Source of the DNA: a virus
Taxonomy: Duplodnaviria; Caudoviricetes
Direction: 5' to 3' (one strand)
DNA length: 64,000 bases
IMG/VR virus record: IMGVR_UViG_3300017780_003104
Coordinates: 1-64,000 of that record
This document shows, one piece after another, positions 44,655 through 55,146 of the stretch. Positions within the stretch are counted from its first letter, which is position 1. Each line of letters opens with the position of its first letter. The notes beneath the pieces are model-generated. The model was not told the DNA's origin and did no database searches. It saw only the letters and a program-made list of their open reading frames with translations. The position numbers and the translations under genes are program-made.

Positions 44655-46428
44655 AACATTATCTATTCAGAATTTTCTCAGCATCGGGAACGATACTGTA
44701 GTAATCGATTTCCAAAATGGTCTTAATCTGATTACTGGAACCAACCTCGATAATCCAGAAAGAAGAAATGGAACAGGCAAATCCGCAATCATTGAGGGGT
44801 TCTATTATGCCTTGTTTGGAACCACCATTCGTGACATCAAAAAGGAGTTTGTGATTAATAATTGCACCAAAGGTAAAGGCTCAATTGATCTATCGTTCGA
44901 TATTCAAACAGATACAGGCACAAACTCGTATAGAATTGTAAGACAACTCAAACCTTCAACTGTTGAGTTATATAAAGTCGGTGAAACTGATCCAATCACG
45001 AAAGATTCGATAGCAAACACCAATAGATATATTTGCGACCTAATTGGATCAAATCCGGTCATTTGTAAATCGTGTGATATTCTATCCCTTAGTGATAACA
45101 CACCATTTATGGGTAAAAAACCTGAAGATAAGCGTAAGTTTATCGAGGATATTTTCGCTTTAGAGATTTTCGGTAAAATGTTGAAGGAGTTGAAGGAGTT
45201 GATCAAGGATAATAAGGCTGAAGTTTCGGTGGTCAATGCTACTCTAATTGAGATTTCTAATTCTCTCGATAATTTAATAAAATTATCAGATGAGCAGAAA
45301 GAAGAGATCGCAGAAAGAGACGAATTACTTAAAAAAAGAAAAGAAGAGTTACAAACCAAAATAGATACCCTTCAAGCACAATATGATGATTTGAAATCAA
45401 TTTCTATTGATCACATTCAAGACGAAAATATTAAGCTGGATAACGCATGGGTTAATATTGATGGAAAACTTTCTAAATTAGTTTTTAAGATATCAGAGGA
45501 AACTGCTTTATTGAAGGTTAAAAATTCCGAATTGAGTAAAGCTGATGGTGTTGATGGTGCATCTTGTGATAAATGCTTACAGAGCATTCCTGAATCCCAT
45601 ATTGAACATATTAAACGTATCAAAGATGATCTTGGGATTGAAATTGCTAGAATAAAAGAAGTGATATTATCACTGAACATTGATAAAGATGAATGGAATG
45701 TTAAGAAATCTAGAATTCAGTCTAAATTGGGTTCAAACTCAGATATATTAAAGGCTGCTAAAAAAATTGAAGACGAAAAAGAAACAATTTTAGCTGCAAT
45801 TGATCTTCAGAAAAATATATTAGAAAATATCGATTTCAAACAACCGGATATGAAGTCTTTTGAAGGTATAATCAACGAAACCGTCGAAAGGCAGACACTA
45901 CAATCGGATGTTCTAAAAAATCTAAAGCAAAATTCTGAAGATTTAGAGGTATGTAAATTTATTTTTGGAGAAGAGGGTATTAAATCATTCATCATTAAGA
46001 GATTGTTGGATATGTTGAACTCCAGTATTCAGAAATATATCACGGATCTTGGGATGACCATGCGATGTAAATTTGATGAGTATTTTGATGAAAAAATAAC
46101 CAATGATAAGGGTGTAGATATCTCATATTGGAACTTTTCCGGTGGTGAACGTAGGACAGTTGATCTTGCTTGTGCATGGGCATTTAAGGATATCAAGAAA
46201 AAGATTTCCGGGGTATCATCCAATGTAGAATTTCTTGATGAGATGTTTGACTTAGCATTCGATGAACGTGGAGTAGATTTACTAATAGAAGTTTTAAAAA
46301 ATAGGATCGAGAAAAACAATCTCTCATGCTATGCGATTTCCCATAGAAAAGAAACATTGAAACATGTTGATGGTGAAATTGTCAATATCCAAAAAGAAAA
46401 TGGTATAACTACTAGAATAATTGATTGA
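44635..46428 (+). CDS. gp46: Recombination ATPase (gp46, Rad50/SbcC-like)
   Basis: NFLSIG, NGTGKS, zinc hook CDKC, FSGGE, FLDEMFD, ISH. Confidence 0.95.
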   Translation: MKKIKFKTLSIQNFLSIGNDTVVIDFQNGLNLITGTNLDNPERRNGTGKSAIIEGFYYALFGTTIRDIKKEFVINNCTKGKGSIDLSFDIQTDTGTNSYRIVRQLKPSTVELYKVGETDPITKDSIANTNRYICDLIGSNPVICKSCDILSLSDNTPFMGKKPEDKRKFIEDIFALEIFGKMLKELKELIKDNKAEVSVVNATLIEISNSLDNLIKLSDEQKEEIAERDELLKKRKEELQTKIDTLQAQYDDLKSISIDHIQDENIKLDNAWVNIDGKLSKLVFKISEETALLKVKNSELSKADGVDGASCDKCLQSIPESHIEHIKRIKDDLGIEIARIKEVILSLNIDKDEWNVKKSRIQSKLGSNSDILKAAKKIEDEKETILAAIDLQKNILENIDFKQPDMKSFEGIINETVERQTLQSDVLKNLKQNSEDLEVCKFIFGEEGIKSFIIKRLLDMLNSSIQKYITDLGMTMRCKFDEYFDEKITNDKGVDISYWNFSGGERRTVDLACAWAFKDIKKKISGVSSNVEFLDEMFDLAFDERGVDLLIEVLKNRIEKNNLSCYAISHRKETLKHVDGEIVNIQKENGITTRIID

Positions 46429-47659
46429 CAGTGGGAGTGGACATACTAATTATAGTATGTTTAATAAACATCCATTTACCAATCCATTCCCAGAGTCACC
46501 TTTTCATAATTCACCAATTCCTAAAAAGGAACCAGAAGCTAAAGAGGGTGGTAATAGATATATAAATTTCAATGCTGGAAATGATGGGTGTATGGCATAT
46601 CGTAGAGGATTTGTATCCAATCATATTAAACTTTCAGGATATGGTGATGTTACCGACTTAACTAAGATGATAGGTGATAAGAATTTTTATTCAGATATCA
46701 AGTCCATATCACTTCAAAGACAAGCAGCAGCACACCAAAAGCAGTTTATGCAATTCTTAAAATCCATTCAACCAGAATTTGGATTTAAATTGATCTATGA
46801 AGTGGATGATGTTGTATTTAGAGAAGAAATACCAAATCATAACGCTTCTAAACATGGATTTGATTCCGATGAAATTCGACAAAATTGTGTCGATATGATC
46901 AATATGGTTGATGAAGTTACTGTGACTTGTCAATATATGAAAGACTTATATATCGAAAAGACCGGACAAGAAAGAATCACCGTAGTTCCAAACTTTATGC
47001 CTCACTGGTGGATTGGTCATCAATATGATTATCGGGCAATTTGTGATAATCTCGACAAAAATAAGAAAAAACCAAGAATTGTATATGCTGGTTCGGGAGC
47101 ACATTTCGATGTGAAGGGAAATGCGGGTGGTCAAGATGACTTTTCACATATATTGAAGTTTATCATCGATAATAGACATAAATATCAATTTGTTTTTATT
47201 GGTGCGTATCCTCCAGCATTGCATAATTATATTCAATCGAAGGAGATTGAATTTCATGTGTGGAAATCTATATTAGAGTATCCAAATTTCTTAGCATCGT
47301 TGAATGCTCAATTATTCATTGCACCATTAATGGATATACCATTCAATAGAAGTAAGTCAGATATTAAATTTATGGAAGCTGCACAATTGGGAATTCCATG
47401 TATTTGTCAGGATATGGTCACTTATAGTTCTGCGCCTGATCTCTTGAAGTTTACAACTGCCGAAGAATTGGCAGATAAGATTGAAATCTTAACTAATTGG
47501 AAAAATAGATCAAAATATTACAAATTGGTTCCTGAATTGAGAAAACTTGGAGAGACTAGGTTCTTAGAACACCCACAAAATATTGGATGCTTCTTGGAAG
47601 CGTTAGATACTCCATGGGGATCGAACCAAAGACACTATTTGAAGAAGTGGAATCCTTGA
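46421..47659 (+). CDS. Glycosyltransferase (GT-B, GT4-like)
   Basis: GCMAYRR, YEVDD, VTVT..YM, VVPNF, APL.DIPFNRSKSDIKFMEAAQLGIPCI; probable start at Met 46457. Confidence 0.8.
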   Translation: MIDSGSGHTNYSMFNKHPFTNPFPESPFHNSPIPKKEPEAKEGGNRYINFNAGNDGCMAYRRGFVSNHIKLSGYGDVTDLTKMIGDKNFYSDIKSISLQRQAAAHQKQFMQFLKSIQPEFGFKLIYEVDDVVFREEIPNHNASKHGFDSDEIRQNCVDMINMVDEVTVTCQYMKDLYIEKTGQERITVVPNFMPHWWIGHQYDYRAICDNLDKNKKKPRIVYAGSGAHFDVKGNAGGQDDFSHILKFIIDNRHKYQFVFIGAYPPALHNYIQSKEIEFHVWKSILEYPNFLASLNAQLFIAPLMDIPFNRSKSDIKFMEAAQLGIPCICQDMVTYSSAPDLLKFTTAEELADKIEILTNWKNRSKYYKLVPELRKLGETRFLEHPQNIGCFLEALDTPWGSNQRHYLKKWNP

Positions 47660-47683
47660 CATTTCTCAGATTTGGGGTATATT
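47656..47683 (+). promoter_or_regulatory. sigma70-like promoter TTGACA-N16-TATATT upstream of DNA polymerase
   Basis: Direct reading; 9 nt to ATG 47693. Confidence 0.65.
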
Positions 47684-47692
47684 TGAATCGAT

Positions 47693-50263
47693 ATGTATCG
47701 GAACTGTGTTTACAACAATAAAACCAAATCAATCCATCTTTGGACTTGGGATGCCAATGGTAATAGGGTATTCCAAGAATTGGATTATAGTCCATATTTA
47801 TATCTTGAAAGTAAATCGGGTGATTCTAAATCGATTTATGGAACTCTCCTCAAAAAGAAAGAGTTCCAAACACTATGGGATCGAAATAAATTCGTAAAGG
47901 AGAGTGGGATTAAAAGAATATTCGAAGATCTCCCACCATACCAACATTTTTTAATTGATAATTATTATCATCTCAATGAAGATGATGACTTTGCGAAGAA
48001 TCCATTGAAGATAATGTATTTCGATATTGAGTGTCCCGGCACTGGCGACTTCCCAGAGCCTGAGTTTGCGAAAAATGTAATAAATTTATTAACATGTTAT
48101 GATTCTTTATCTAAAAAGTATACAGTATTTGGTTTAAAAAATTATATACCGAAAGATGAGTCAGTTAAATACCATCACTGTAAATCTGAAGAAGACTTAC
48201 TCAAGAAATTTATAGGTCATTTTTCTTCAGACTATCCAGATTGTTTAGTTGGATGGAATAGTGGTGGGTTTGACATCCCATATCTGATCAATAGAATCAC
48301 CTTCCAATTGGGAAAGGAATGGGCAGATGAGTTATCACCACTTGGTAGAATTTACGAAAAAATTAATGCTACTGGTAAGTTCGGGCAACCCTCAAAGGAA
48401 TATGTCATCGAAGGAATTTCATGTGTTGACTACCTAATTTTATATAAAAAGTTTGCTATGAATCCACAGGAGTCGTATAAATTGGATTATATAGGAGAGA
48501 TTGAATTAAATGACCAGAAAATATCATATGAGGGATCGTTATGGGATTTATCTGTGAATGATTGGGAGAAATATGTAGATTATAATATTCAAGACGTTAA
48601 ACTTGTCATCGATTTAGATGACGAATTAAAATATCTAGATTTATTGAGATTTATAGCATATCTTGGATTATGTAATTTAGAAAATGCCATTAAAACTGTT
48701 CCAGTTATTAATGGTGCAGTCGCTATTCGTGCAAGGCATAGGGGAGAGAAAATACCAACCTTCATTAGACCAAGAAATGATGATAAGATCCCCGGAGGAT
48801 ATGTGGCTAAACCGAAATTGGGGTTCTCACAGAACGTTGTAAGCTTCGATGCGAACTCTCTTTACCCAAGTGTGATGATATCGTTGAATATGTCACCAGA
48901 AACTAAACTTGGATCACTTGAGAAGATTGATGATATTTACAGAATAAAACATGTATCCGGTAAGACTTTTGATTTATCTGGTCCAAATTTTGTGGAATTT
49001 ATAAAGAGTGAAAAGGCATCTTTATCTAAATCTAATATATTATTTTCTCAGAAGAAGATTGGGATTATGCCAGAATTCTTAGATTTCTTATATACTAAGA
49101 GAAAAGAAATGAAGTCTAAAATGTTTAAAGTTAAACGACAATTAGATGAATCAAAACTCTCCAAAAAGGAAATAATAGAATTAAAAACACAAATTAAGAA
49201 ATTTGACACATTCCAAAATGCTTATAAGATTACCTTAAATTCTACATATGGGTATTGTGCTAATAAGTTTGCACCATTGGGGGATGACGAGATTGGAAGT
49301 TCGGTTACACTGACTGGTCAAGCGGTTATTAAAAAAAGTAACGAATTATTTGAAAGATTTATCTCAGAATTCTACCCAGATTTATCTGGTAAATGTGATA
49401 ATGCACTTATATATAATGATACTGATTCTATATATATTTCGATGAAGTTATTCGAAGATGTGGGAATTAATTTAAAAAAAGATGGTAAGATATCTGATGA
49501 GTTTTTTCAGTTATGTGATAGATTTGAGAACTATCTTAATGATGGAATGAATTCTTGGTCTGAAAAATCTCTATTAAGTAAGGATTCTAGATTTGTATTT
49601 AAGAGGGAGTGTATATGCGATAATGTTACATTTGTCAGTGGTAAAAATTATGTTTTACATATTTTAGATGATGAGGGAATGGAAGTTGATAAATTTAAAT
49701 ATAAAGGTGTATCTGTAGTTAAAACTACAATGCCTAAAGTCCTCAAGCCTTATGTGAAAAAGATTATTGAAACCATGGTTATGAGTCAATCCATGTCTGA
49801 GACTAATAAAGCTTTCATAGATGCATATGATATATTTAAAAGTCTAGATGTCGATTCCATATATCAAAATTGCACAATGAATAAGTATGAGAGTCATAAG
49901 CCTAGAATGGATCGGTACACTTTAACTAAAGGAAAACCATCAATTCCAAATCATGTCGGTGCTGCTCATTTCCACGATACTTTAATTGATGAATTGGGAA
50001 TCTCTAATAAATATGAAAAGTTTAAATCTGGGGATAAAGTTAAAAAGGTTTATCTTAAAAACCCTAATCGGTATGGTATTAGTGTTATAGGATTTAAAGG
50101 TAAGTATCCACCTGAATTTAGTGAAATATTTGAGATTGATTATGAGAAAATGTTTGGTAAATTACTATACAATGCAATTGAGGTGTTCTATAAATCTGTT
50201 AATTGGAAGCTTCGAAAGCCAAATGAAAATATCAAAATAGAGTTGGAGGATTTTTTTAATTAA
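47693..50263 (+). CDS. gp43: DNA polymerase family B (gp43)
   Basis: Exo DIEC, WNSGGFDIPY, YNIQDV; Pol SFDANSLYPS, KITLNSTYG, YNDTDS, KNYVL; no intein seen. Confidence 0.98.
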   Translation: MYRNCVYNNKTKSIHLWTWDANGNRVFQELDYSPYLYLESKSGDSKSIYGTLLKKKEFQTLWDRNKFVKESGIKRIFEDLPPYQHFLIDNYYHLNEDDDFAKNPLKIMYFDIECPGTGDFPEPEFAKNVINLLTCYDSLSKKYTVFGLKNYIPKDESVKYHHCKSEEDLLKKFIGHFSSDYPDCLVGWNSGGFDIPYLINRITFQLGKEWADELSPLGRIYEKINATGKFGQPSKEYVIEGISCVDYLILYKKFAMNPQESYKLDYIGEIELNDQKISYEGSLWDLSVNDWEKYVDYNIQDVKLVIDLDDELKYLDLLRFIAYLGLCNLENAIKTVPVINGAVAIRARHRGEKIPTFIRPRNDDKIPGGYVAKPKLGFSQNVVSFDANSLYPSVMISLNMSPETKLGSLEKIDDIYRIKHVSGKTFDLSGPNFVEFIKSEKASLSKSNILFSQKKIGIMPEFLDFLYTKRKEMKSKMFKVKRQLDESKLSKKEIIELKTQIKKFDTFQNAYKITLNSTYGYCANKFAPLGDDEIGSSVTLTGQAVIKKSNELFERFISEFYPDLSGKCDNALIYNDTDSIYISMKLFEDVGINLKKDGKISDEFFQLCDRFENYLNDGMNSWSEKSLLSKDSRFVFKRECICDNVTFVSGKNYVLHILDDEGMEVDKFKYKGVSVVKTTMPKVLKPYVKKIIETMVMSQSMSETNKAFIDAYDIFKSLDVDSIYQNCTMNKYESHKPRMDRYTLTKGKPSIPNHVGAAHFHDTLIDELGISNKYEKFKSGDKVKKVYLKNPNRYGISVIGFKGKYPPEFSEIFEIDYEKMFGKLLYNAIEVFYKSVNWKLRKPNENIKIELEDFFN

Positions 50264-50293
50264 TTATGAACGATTTAAATTGGAGAGAGTATA

Positions 50294-50662
50294 ATGACGA
50301 TACAAGAAGCATATAATAAGGGACTTGATGTTGCTGAAAATGAAGTATTTGAGAACTTATCAAGTGCTATAGACGGTAATGATATGGGTTCATTTTCTAG
50401 TCCCAAGATGGAAGAATTACGGCAAAAAATATTAAATTTAAAACCTGAATTATTACCCACAAATTATGTATTGGGAACCTTGTTGGGAGACTCTACCACA
50501 TTCCAAGATCTTACAGATTTAGATAAGAAAGTAATCGAGATATTGAAATATATTCGATCACTAGTTGGACCTAAACCTAGAAGCAGGATATCAGTTAAGA
50601 TAAAACAATTACTTACTGAACTTGAGGTTGACATTATACGAAATCATGATAAATTAAATTAA
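50294..50662 (+). CDS. Hypothetical protein
   Basis: ORF 122 aa. Confidence 0.6.
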   Translation: MTIQEAYNKGLDVAENEVFENLSSAIDGNDMGSFSSPKMEELRQKILNLKPELLPTNYVLGTLLGDSTTFQDLTDLDKKVIEILKYIRSLVGPKPRSRISVKIKQLLTELEVDIIRNHDKLN

Positions 50663-50664
50663 CT

Positions 50665-51006
50665 ATGAAAGAAAAACATACAGTAATAATAGATCAGATC
50701 GGTAGAACCATTCTGGGAGTCGAAACACATCGAAGTGAAACAGAAATTGGATTGTATAATCCAATTATTCTACATTTCCAACCATCACAAAACGGGCAAC
50801 TAGAACTTCAGGTGTTCCCGTTATTCTTCTTTGAACTTCTCGATAAGGATAAGAGAAATACCAATACTTGGGTCTTTAATAGAAATTCAATCGCTATAAG
50901 TGATGTTGAACTGAATGCAGATATCTTATCTCGTTATGCTCAAATCAATACACCACCAGCACCTGTTACCAATAATCCAAAGGTTATTTCGATAGACGAT
51001 TTATGA
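50665..51006 (+). CDS. Hypothetical protein (beta-rich, possibly Sm-like)
   Basis: ORF 113 aa. Confidence 0.65.
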   Translation: MKEKHTVIIDQIGRTILGVETHRSETEIGLYNPIILHFQPSQNGQLELQVFPLFFFELLDKDKRNTNTWVFNRNSIAISDVELNADILSRYAQINTPPAPVTNNPKVISIDDL

Positions 51007-51311
51007 AAGACACCCAAGATCGGGAATACCCCATAAAAGAGAAATGTCCGGTAGAGACAACTTCTAGTGGTGAGATTATAACCTATTTAGAACGCATCGA
51101 GAAAGAACTTGAGGTTCAGTATCAAGGATTATCACAATTAGAGTCTGAAATTGGACCAATTATTCGTGAACAATATCCATCATGTGATGAAGTTTGTGTT
51201 ACTGGTGATATGCCAGAAACAAAAGTTGGTGTAATATTATCAAAGATTTTATCAAAAATATCAGATAGGAACCATTATATAGACAATTTAATTAACAGAG
51301 TAAGATTATGA
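51003..51311 (+). CDS. Hypothetical coiled-coil protein
   Basis: ORF 102 aa with ATGA overlaps on both sides. Confidence 0.6.
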   Translation: MKDTQDREYPIKEKCPVETTSSGEIITYLERIEKELEVQYQGLSQLESEIGPIIREQYPSCDEVCVTGDMPETKVGVILSKILSKISDRNHYIDNLINRVRL

Positions 51312-52537
51312 GTAAGGAAGATAAAGAATTTTTTAAATTAATGGATAGCATCGATGATGTCAATCCATACGCCACATATCTAAGCGAGTCCACATTTTCT
51401 AATGTGGACGAGTGGATTGACACTGGATCTTTAGCTTTAAATGCTATTATTTCTGGTTCAATGTATAAAGGTATTCCAGTGGGACGAGTTGTTCAATTTG
51501 CTGGTCCTTCAATGACAGGTAAAACATTCTTCATTCAGAAGATCATAGCCAATGCCCAAAAGATGGGTAAGTATGTTGTGGTATTTGACAGTGAGAATGC
51601 TATTGATGCAGAAGGTGCCATGGGATTTGGTATCGATCCTACTAAGGTGAAATACGTCCCAACTACTACAATCGAAAATACCCGAAACGCCATCAAGCAG
51701 TTCTTGGAGAAGGTCGCTGCTGCTGGTGCTCAAGGTAAGTTTGTTATCATTGTGGATTCTTTGGCTCAGATGGAATCTGAATTGGGGGAAAAGAGAATGT
51801 CGGAAGATAATAATGCTGCTGACATGGGAACATTCGCTAAGTCTATCAAGTCTTTCTTGAAGACCTGTATTAATTGGGGTAAAATTAGTAAAACTACTAT
51901 TGTTTTCACTAACGAAGTCTATGATAATCCTGCCCAAATGTATCCATCATTGGAGAAAAATATGCCGGGAGGTCGTGCAGCAGTTTATAAACCATCTGTA
52001 ACTGTTCAACTAGCCAGAACACCAACTAAAGTTGATGATGCAACTATTGATAATTCAAAATTAGCTGCTGGACAGAAGAATTTCGGTGGAGTATTCTTGA
52101 GTTGCTTAACTGTTAAAAATCGTTTTGTTAAACAGTTCTTAGAAGTTAAACTTTATCTATCATTCGCTACTGGATTAGACAAATATTATGGTCTTCTCGA
52201 TGTAATGAGAGGTCTTGGTGTTGTTGTCCTTGAAGGTAAGACTTATAAGGATTGGACAGGTGAATCTCTTGGATTTGCTAAAGTTTGGAGAAAGAAAAAG
52301 GATGTTTGGGGTAAACTATTACCTGAATTGGAAAGTAGAATTCAAACAGAATGGAAATACTCAAACGAAGAAGCTCCATTTGAAGATGACGAAGACGATA
52401 CCGAAGAAGAAACTGAGGAAGTCGAAGAAACACCTTTAGAGAAACTTAAGAACACTAAGAAAAAGGTAACTGCTAAACTCGACAAGATCGAAGAAATTGA
52501 AGGTTGTATTGGATTATCTGGAGATGATAATTGCTGA
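51308..52537 (+). CDS. uvsX: RecA-like recombinase (UvsX)
   Basis: IDTGSLALNAIISG, AGPSMTGKT, FDSENA, IVDSL, MPGG, KNRF, GLDKYYGL. Confidence 0.96.
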   Translation: MSKEDKEFFKLMDSIDDVNPYATYLSESTFSNVDEWIDTGSLALNAIISGSMYKGIPVGRVVQFAGPSMTGKTFFIQKIIANAQKMGKYVVVFDSENAIDAEGAMGFGIDPTKVKYVPTTTIENTRNAIKQFLEKVAAAGAQGKFVIIVDSLAQMESELGEKRMSEDNNAADMGTFAKSIKSFLKTCINWGKISKTTIVFTNEVYDNPAQMYPSLEKNMPGGRAAVYKPSVTVQLARTPTKVDDATIDNSKLAAGQKNFGGVFLSCLTVKNRFVKQFLEVKLYLSFATGLDKYYGLLDVMRGLGVVVLEGKTYKDWTGESLGFAKVWRKKKDVWGKLLPELESRIQTEWKYSNEEAPFEDDEDDTEEETEEVEETPLEKLKNTKKKVTAKLDKIEEIEGCIGLSGDDNC

Positions 52538-52555
52538 TTTTCAATTTGAATAATT

Positions 52556-52594
52556 AAAAAAGCCCGAAGGACTTATTCCTTCGGGCTTTTTTTT
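52556..52594. terminator. Bidirectional intrinsic terminator between convergent genes
   Basis: A6-AGCCCGAAGGA-cttat-TCCTTCGGGCT-T7 hairpin. Confidence 0.92.
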
Positions 52595-54197
52595 ATTTAA
52601 TATTTCTACCTTCCCAATAGTTATTGGGTTTTTTAAATCCACGATCTTTGAAATCACCTTTTGGTTTATTTAAATTATCCTTGTGAACTTGCTCCATCAT
52701 ATATTTCATAGTATATGATTCTTTTAATTTTTTAGATTTTGCAGCAATATAGTCGTCTCCGATATCTTCTGGAGATAGATTAAATTTTTTCAGAACATCG
52801 TCATCGTCATTAACTCTTAGACTAGCGGCATAATTTTTCTGTTTATCTTTATTAATCTTACCCCATTTAGCTGTAAATTCTGCGAAATTTCTTCTCAATT
52901 CTGGTAGCATACCCTGATATTCCGAGTAACCGCTTTTCATATATTCCAATTCTTCCTTAGATTTTTCTAATTTATCTTGTAGATTGTTGATGTACCATTG
53001 ATAATATCTATCAAATGAATTCTTTTCCTCTGGTGTTGTTATATATTGTTTCAATATCCCCGAATCATATCCCGGATATTCATCAGTCCCACTTTCGTTG
53101 CTGTTAACACTATTCAATATTAAATTTAATACTGGATGGATTTCATTTGGAGTGTATGACATAACATCATTGATTTCACTTTGGAATTCTTCCATGGGTA
53201 TGCCACTATCTTTCAAATCTGAGAACTGTTCAATTAAATCTTCTATGATTGTATTTCCAGTTTTATCCCTCGGTAGAATTGCTAAAGATGCTATTTCTGC
53301 TTCAGATAATGGTCGCTCAAGCATTTGATTAAATTGTAATGCTTTTAGGAAAATTCCTCGTTGATCCTCATCCTCATTACCCATATCAACGTTAGATTGA
53401 GTTATTCGATCTAAAATCTTTTTAAATATAGATAATTCGTCTAAGGAATTTAAAATATTTTGAATATTTTCAGTGAAATCATTTACAATACCCGAAGGCT
53501 CACTGACTGCTTGACCTTTAGTAGTATCTTTACGTCTTTTATAACCCATTGCTTTATGGATTTTGGTTATAATGTCCTTGATATCCATCTGGGAGGAGTG
53601 AACATCCTCAATAGGAGCACCATATTTTTCTTCTTGCTCCTTCGCCTTATTTATGGAATAACTGGTTTGTCCTGTTCTCCCCGCCCTCATATAATCTGCA
53701 ATTGTTTGGGTATCTAATACTTTGGCTCTAAATTCTGGAGACTTGACATAATCTGGTTGAGTTTCAATGGACTTCATTATGGCTGCACTAAACAATGCAC
53801 CGGGATTCATATATCCATAATTCTTAGATTGATCGTCTAGTGGTATCCCTAATACCTTTTTAGCTAAGTTGGTCAATCCATCCTTACTTCTAACTTTAGA
53901 AAATCCCGATTCTGATTCTACATCGTCATCTATATTTTCCCCCAAATGTTCATTTAACGTATATAGGAAGTATCTTAATACTCTATTTTTATGGACATTT
54001 AATGGTAATCCGGGAACTGTGTTACCTTCCGAATCCTCAATATTTCCATCTCTCATTATTTTACCGACTTGATCAAATAACTGTTTTCCAATAACCCCAT
54101 GTTCACCCAATTTAGTTAATGGGCTAGGTCGAGCCATCTCATTTAATAGTTCTGCTCGTTTGATGAAATAATTGAATCCATATTTAGACATACTCAT
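52593..54197 (-). CDS. Large acidic late protein, putative head-internal/ejection protein
   Basis: ATAAATA box 5 nt upstream; N-term ...RAELLNEMARP resembles a gp21-processed propeptide. Confidence 0.65.
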   Translation of the reverse strand: MSMSKYGFNYFIKRAELLNEMARPSPLTKLGEHGVIGKQLFDQVGKIMRDGNIEDSEGNTVPGLPLNVHKNRVLRYFLYTLNEHLGENIDDDVESESGFSKVRSKDGLTNLAKKVLGIPLDDQSKNYGYMNPGALFSAAIMKSIETQPDYVKSPEFRAKVLDTQTIADYMRAGRTGQTSYSINKAKEQEEKYGAPIEDVHSSQMDIKDIITKIHKAMGYKRRKDTTKGQAVSEPSGIVNDFTENIQNILNSLDELSIFKKILDRITQSNVDMGNEDEDQRGIFLKALQFNQMLERPLSEAEIASLAILPRDKTGNTIIEDLIEQFSDLKDSGIPMEEFQSEINDVMSYTPNEIHPVLNLILNSVNSNESGTDEYPGYDSGILKQYITTPEEKNSFDRYYQWYINNLQDKLEKSKEELEYMKSGYSEYQGMLPELRRNFAEFTAKWGKINKDKQKNYAASLRVNDDDDVLKKFNLSPEDIGDDYIAAKSKKLKESYTMKYMMEQVHKDNLNKPKGDFKDRGFKKPNNYWEGRNIK

Positions 54198-54202
54198 ATG
54201 TT

Positions 54203-54209
54203 TATTTAT
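54203..54209 (-). promoter_or_regulatory. Late promoter ATAAATA (534-aa gene)
   Basis: 5 nt before ATG 54197. Confidence 0.75.
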
Positions 54210-54212
54210 CGT

Positions 54213-54240
54213 TTGACAAAAACTTTCGGCATGGTAAGCT
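54213..54240 (+). promoter_or_regulatory. sigma70-like promoter TTGACA-N16-TAAGCT, 5 nt before ATG 54246
   Basis: Direct reading; TGG precedes the -10 box. Confidence 0.65.
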
Positions 54241-54245
54241 GAGAA

Positions 54246-54953
54246 ATGGAAATCGAAAACTTCAAATATTGCATCGTTTCGGCGGATTCAAAACCATTAA
54301 TAGGGGAATCTTTGAAAAAATACGATCTTTGGGATAAAGCGGTTCAATATCTTAATAATAACTTGGCGTTATGTCAAATTTATAATTATGAGATAGAGAA
54401 AGCATTAGAAAATGATCTGGATTGTCTAATATTAGTCCACGGTGATGTTATTCTTGAGGAAAACCCTATACCCAAACTTGAAAAGTTATTTGATGATTAT
54501 GATTTGGTTGGAGTTGCTGGGACATCTAAGATCGAGTTGAAGAGTCCCGCATTGTGGCATTTGATGGGTGGTGGGTTCTATGATGGAACTAAACCTAGTA
54601 ATTTACACGGCGCAGTCCAACATATAGTAACGAAATCACCACAATCTGGTGTGGGTATGGTGTATCGAGAAAAGCAATTAACTAATTTTGGATTTTATCC
54701 TCATCGGGCAGTGATGATTGATGGAGTTTTCATGGCACTGAATCGTAAAGCGATGGAGAATATCCAATTTGATAGGTATAATCCTTGTCGTTATCATTTT
54801 TATGACTTGATGGCAAGTCTTGACTTCCATTTATCTGGTGGTAGAGTTGGGGTTGGTGACATTCTAATCACACATGCGTCTCCGGGATTACGAGAATACA
54901 CCGAAGATTGGAAGCGCGGCGAAAAATACTTTTTGAACAAATATGAAAACTAG
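54246..54953 (+). CDS. Glycosyltransferase-like protein (GT-A, Glyco_tranf_2_5-like)
   Basis: LCQIYN, ILVHGDV, YDLVGVAG, IDGVFMA, HFYDL..SL. Confidence 0.75.
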   Translation: MEIENFKYCIVSADSKPLIGESLKKYDLWDKAVQYLNNNLALCQIYNYEIEKALENDLDCLILVHGDVILEENPIPKLEKLFDDYDLVGVAGTSKIELKSPALWHLMGGGFYDGTKPSNLHGAVQHIVTKSPQSGVGMVYREKQLTNFGFYPHRAVMIDGVFMALNRKAMENIQFDRYNPCRYHFYDLMASLDFHLSGGRVGVGDILITHASPGLREYTEDWKRGEKYFLNKYEN

Positions 54954-55146
54954 AGTCAGACAATATAAAAATTGGAGAGGTGATGATGAATTTGAGCCTC
55001 AGTGGAAACTTTTATGGTGGCATCCGTATCGATGTAGTTATGATTGTCCAATAAATTTTAAAAGTTTGAAAGAAGCTGAAGAATTTGCGGATAAAGCCGA
55101 AGAATCCCCTAGTGATGCTGATATAATTCATGATAGATTTAACTGA
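54943..55146 (+). CDS. Hypothetical protein
   Basis: ORF 67 aa, FEPQWK.LWW motif common in small phage genes. Confidence 0.55.
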   Translation: MKTRVRQYKNWRGDDEFEPQWKLLWWHPYRCSYDCPINFKSLKEAEEFADKAEESPSDADIIHDRFN

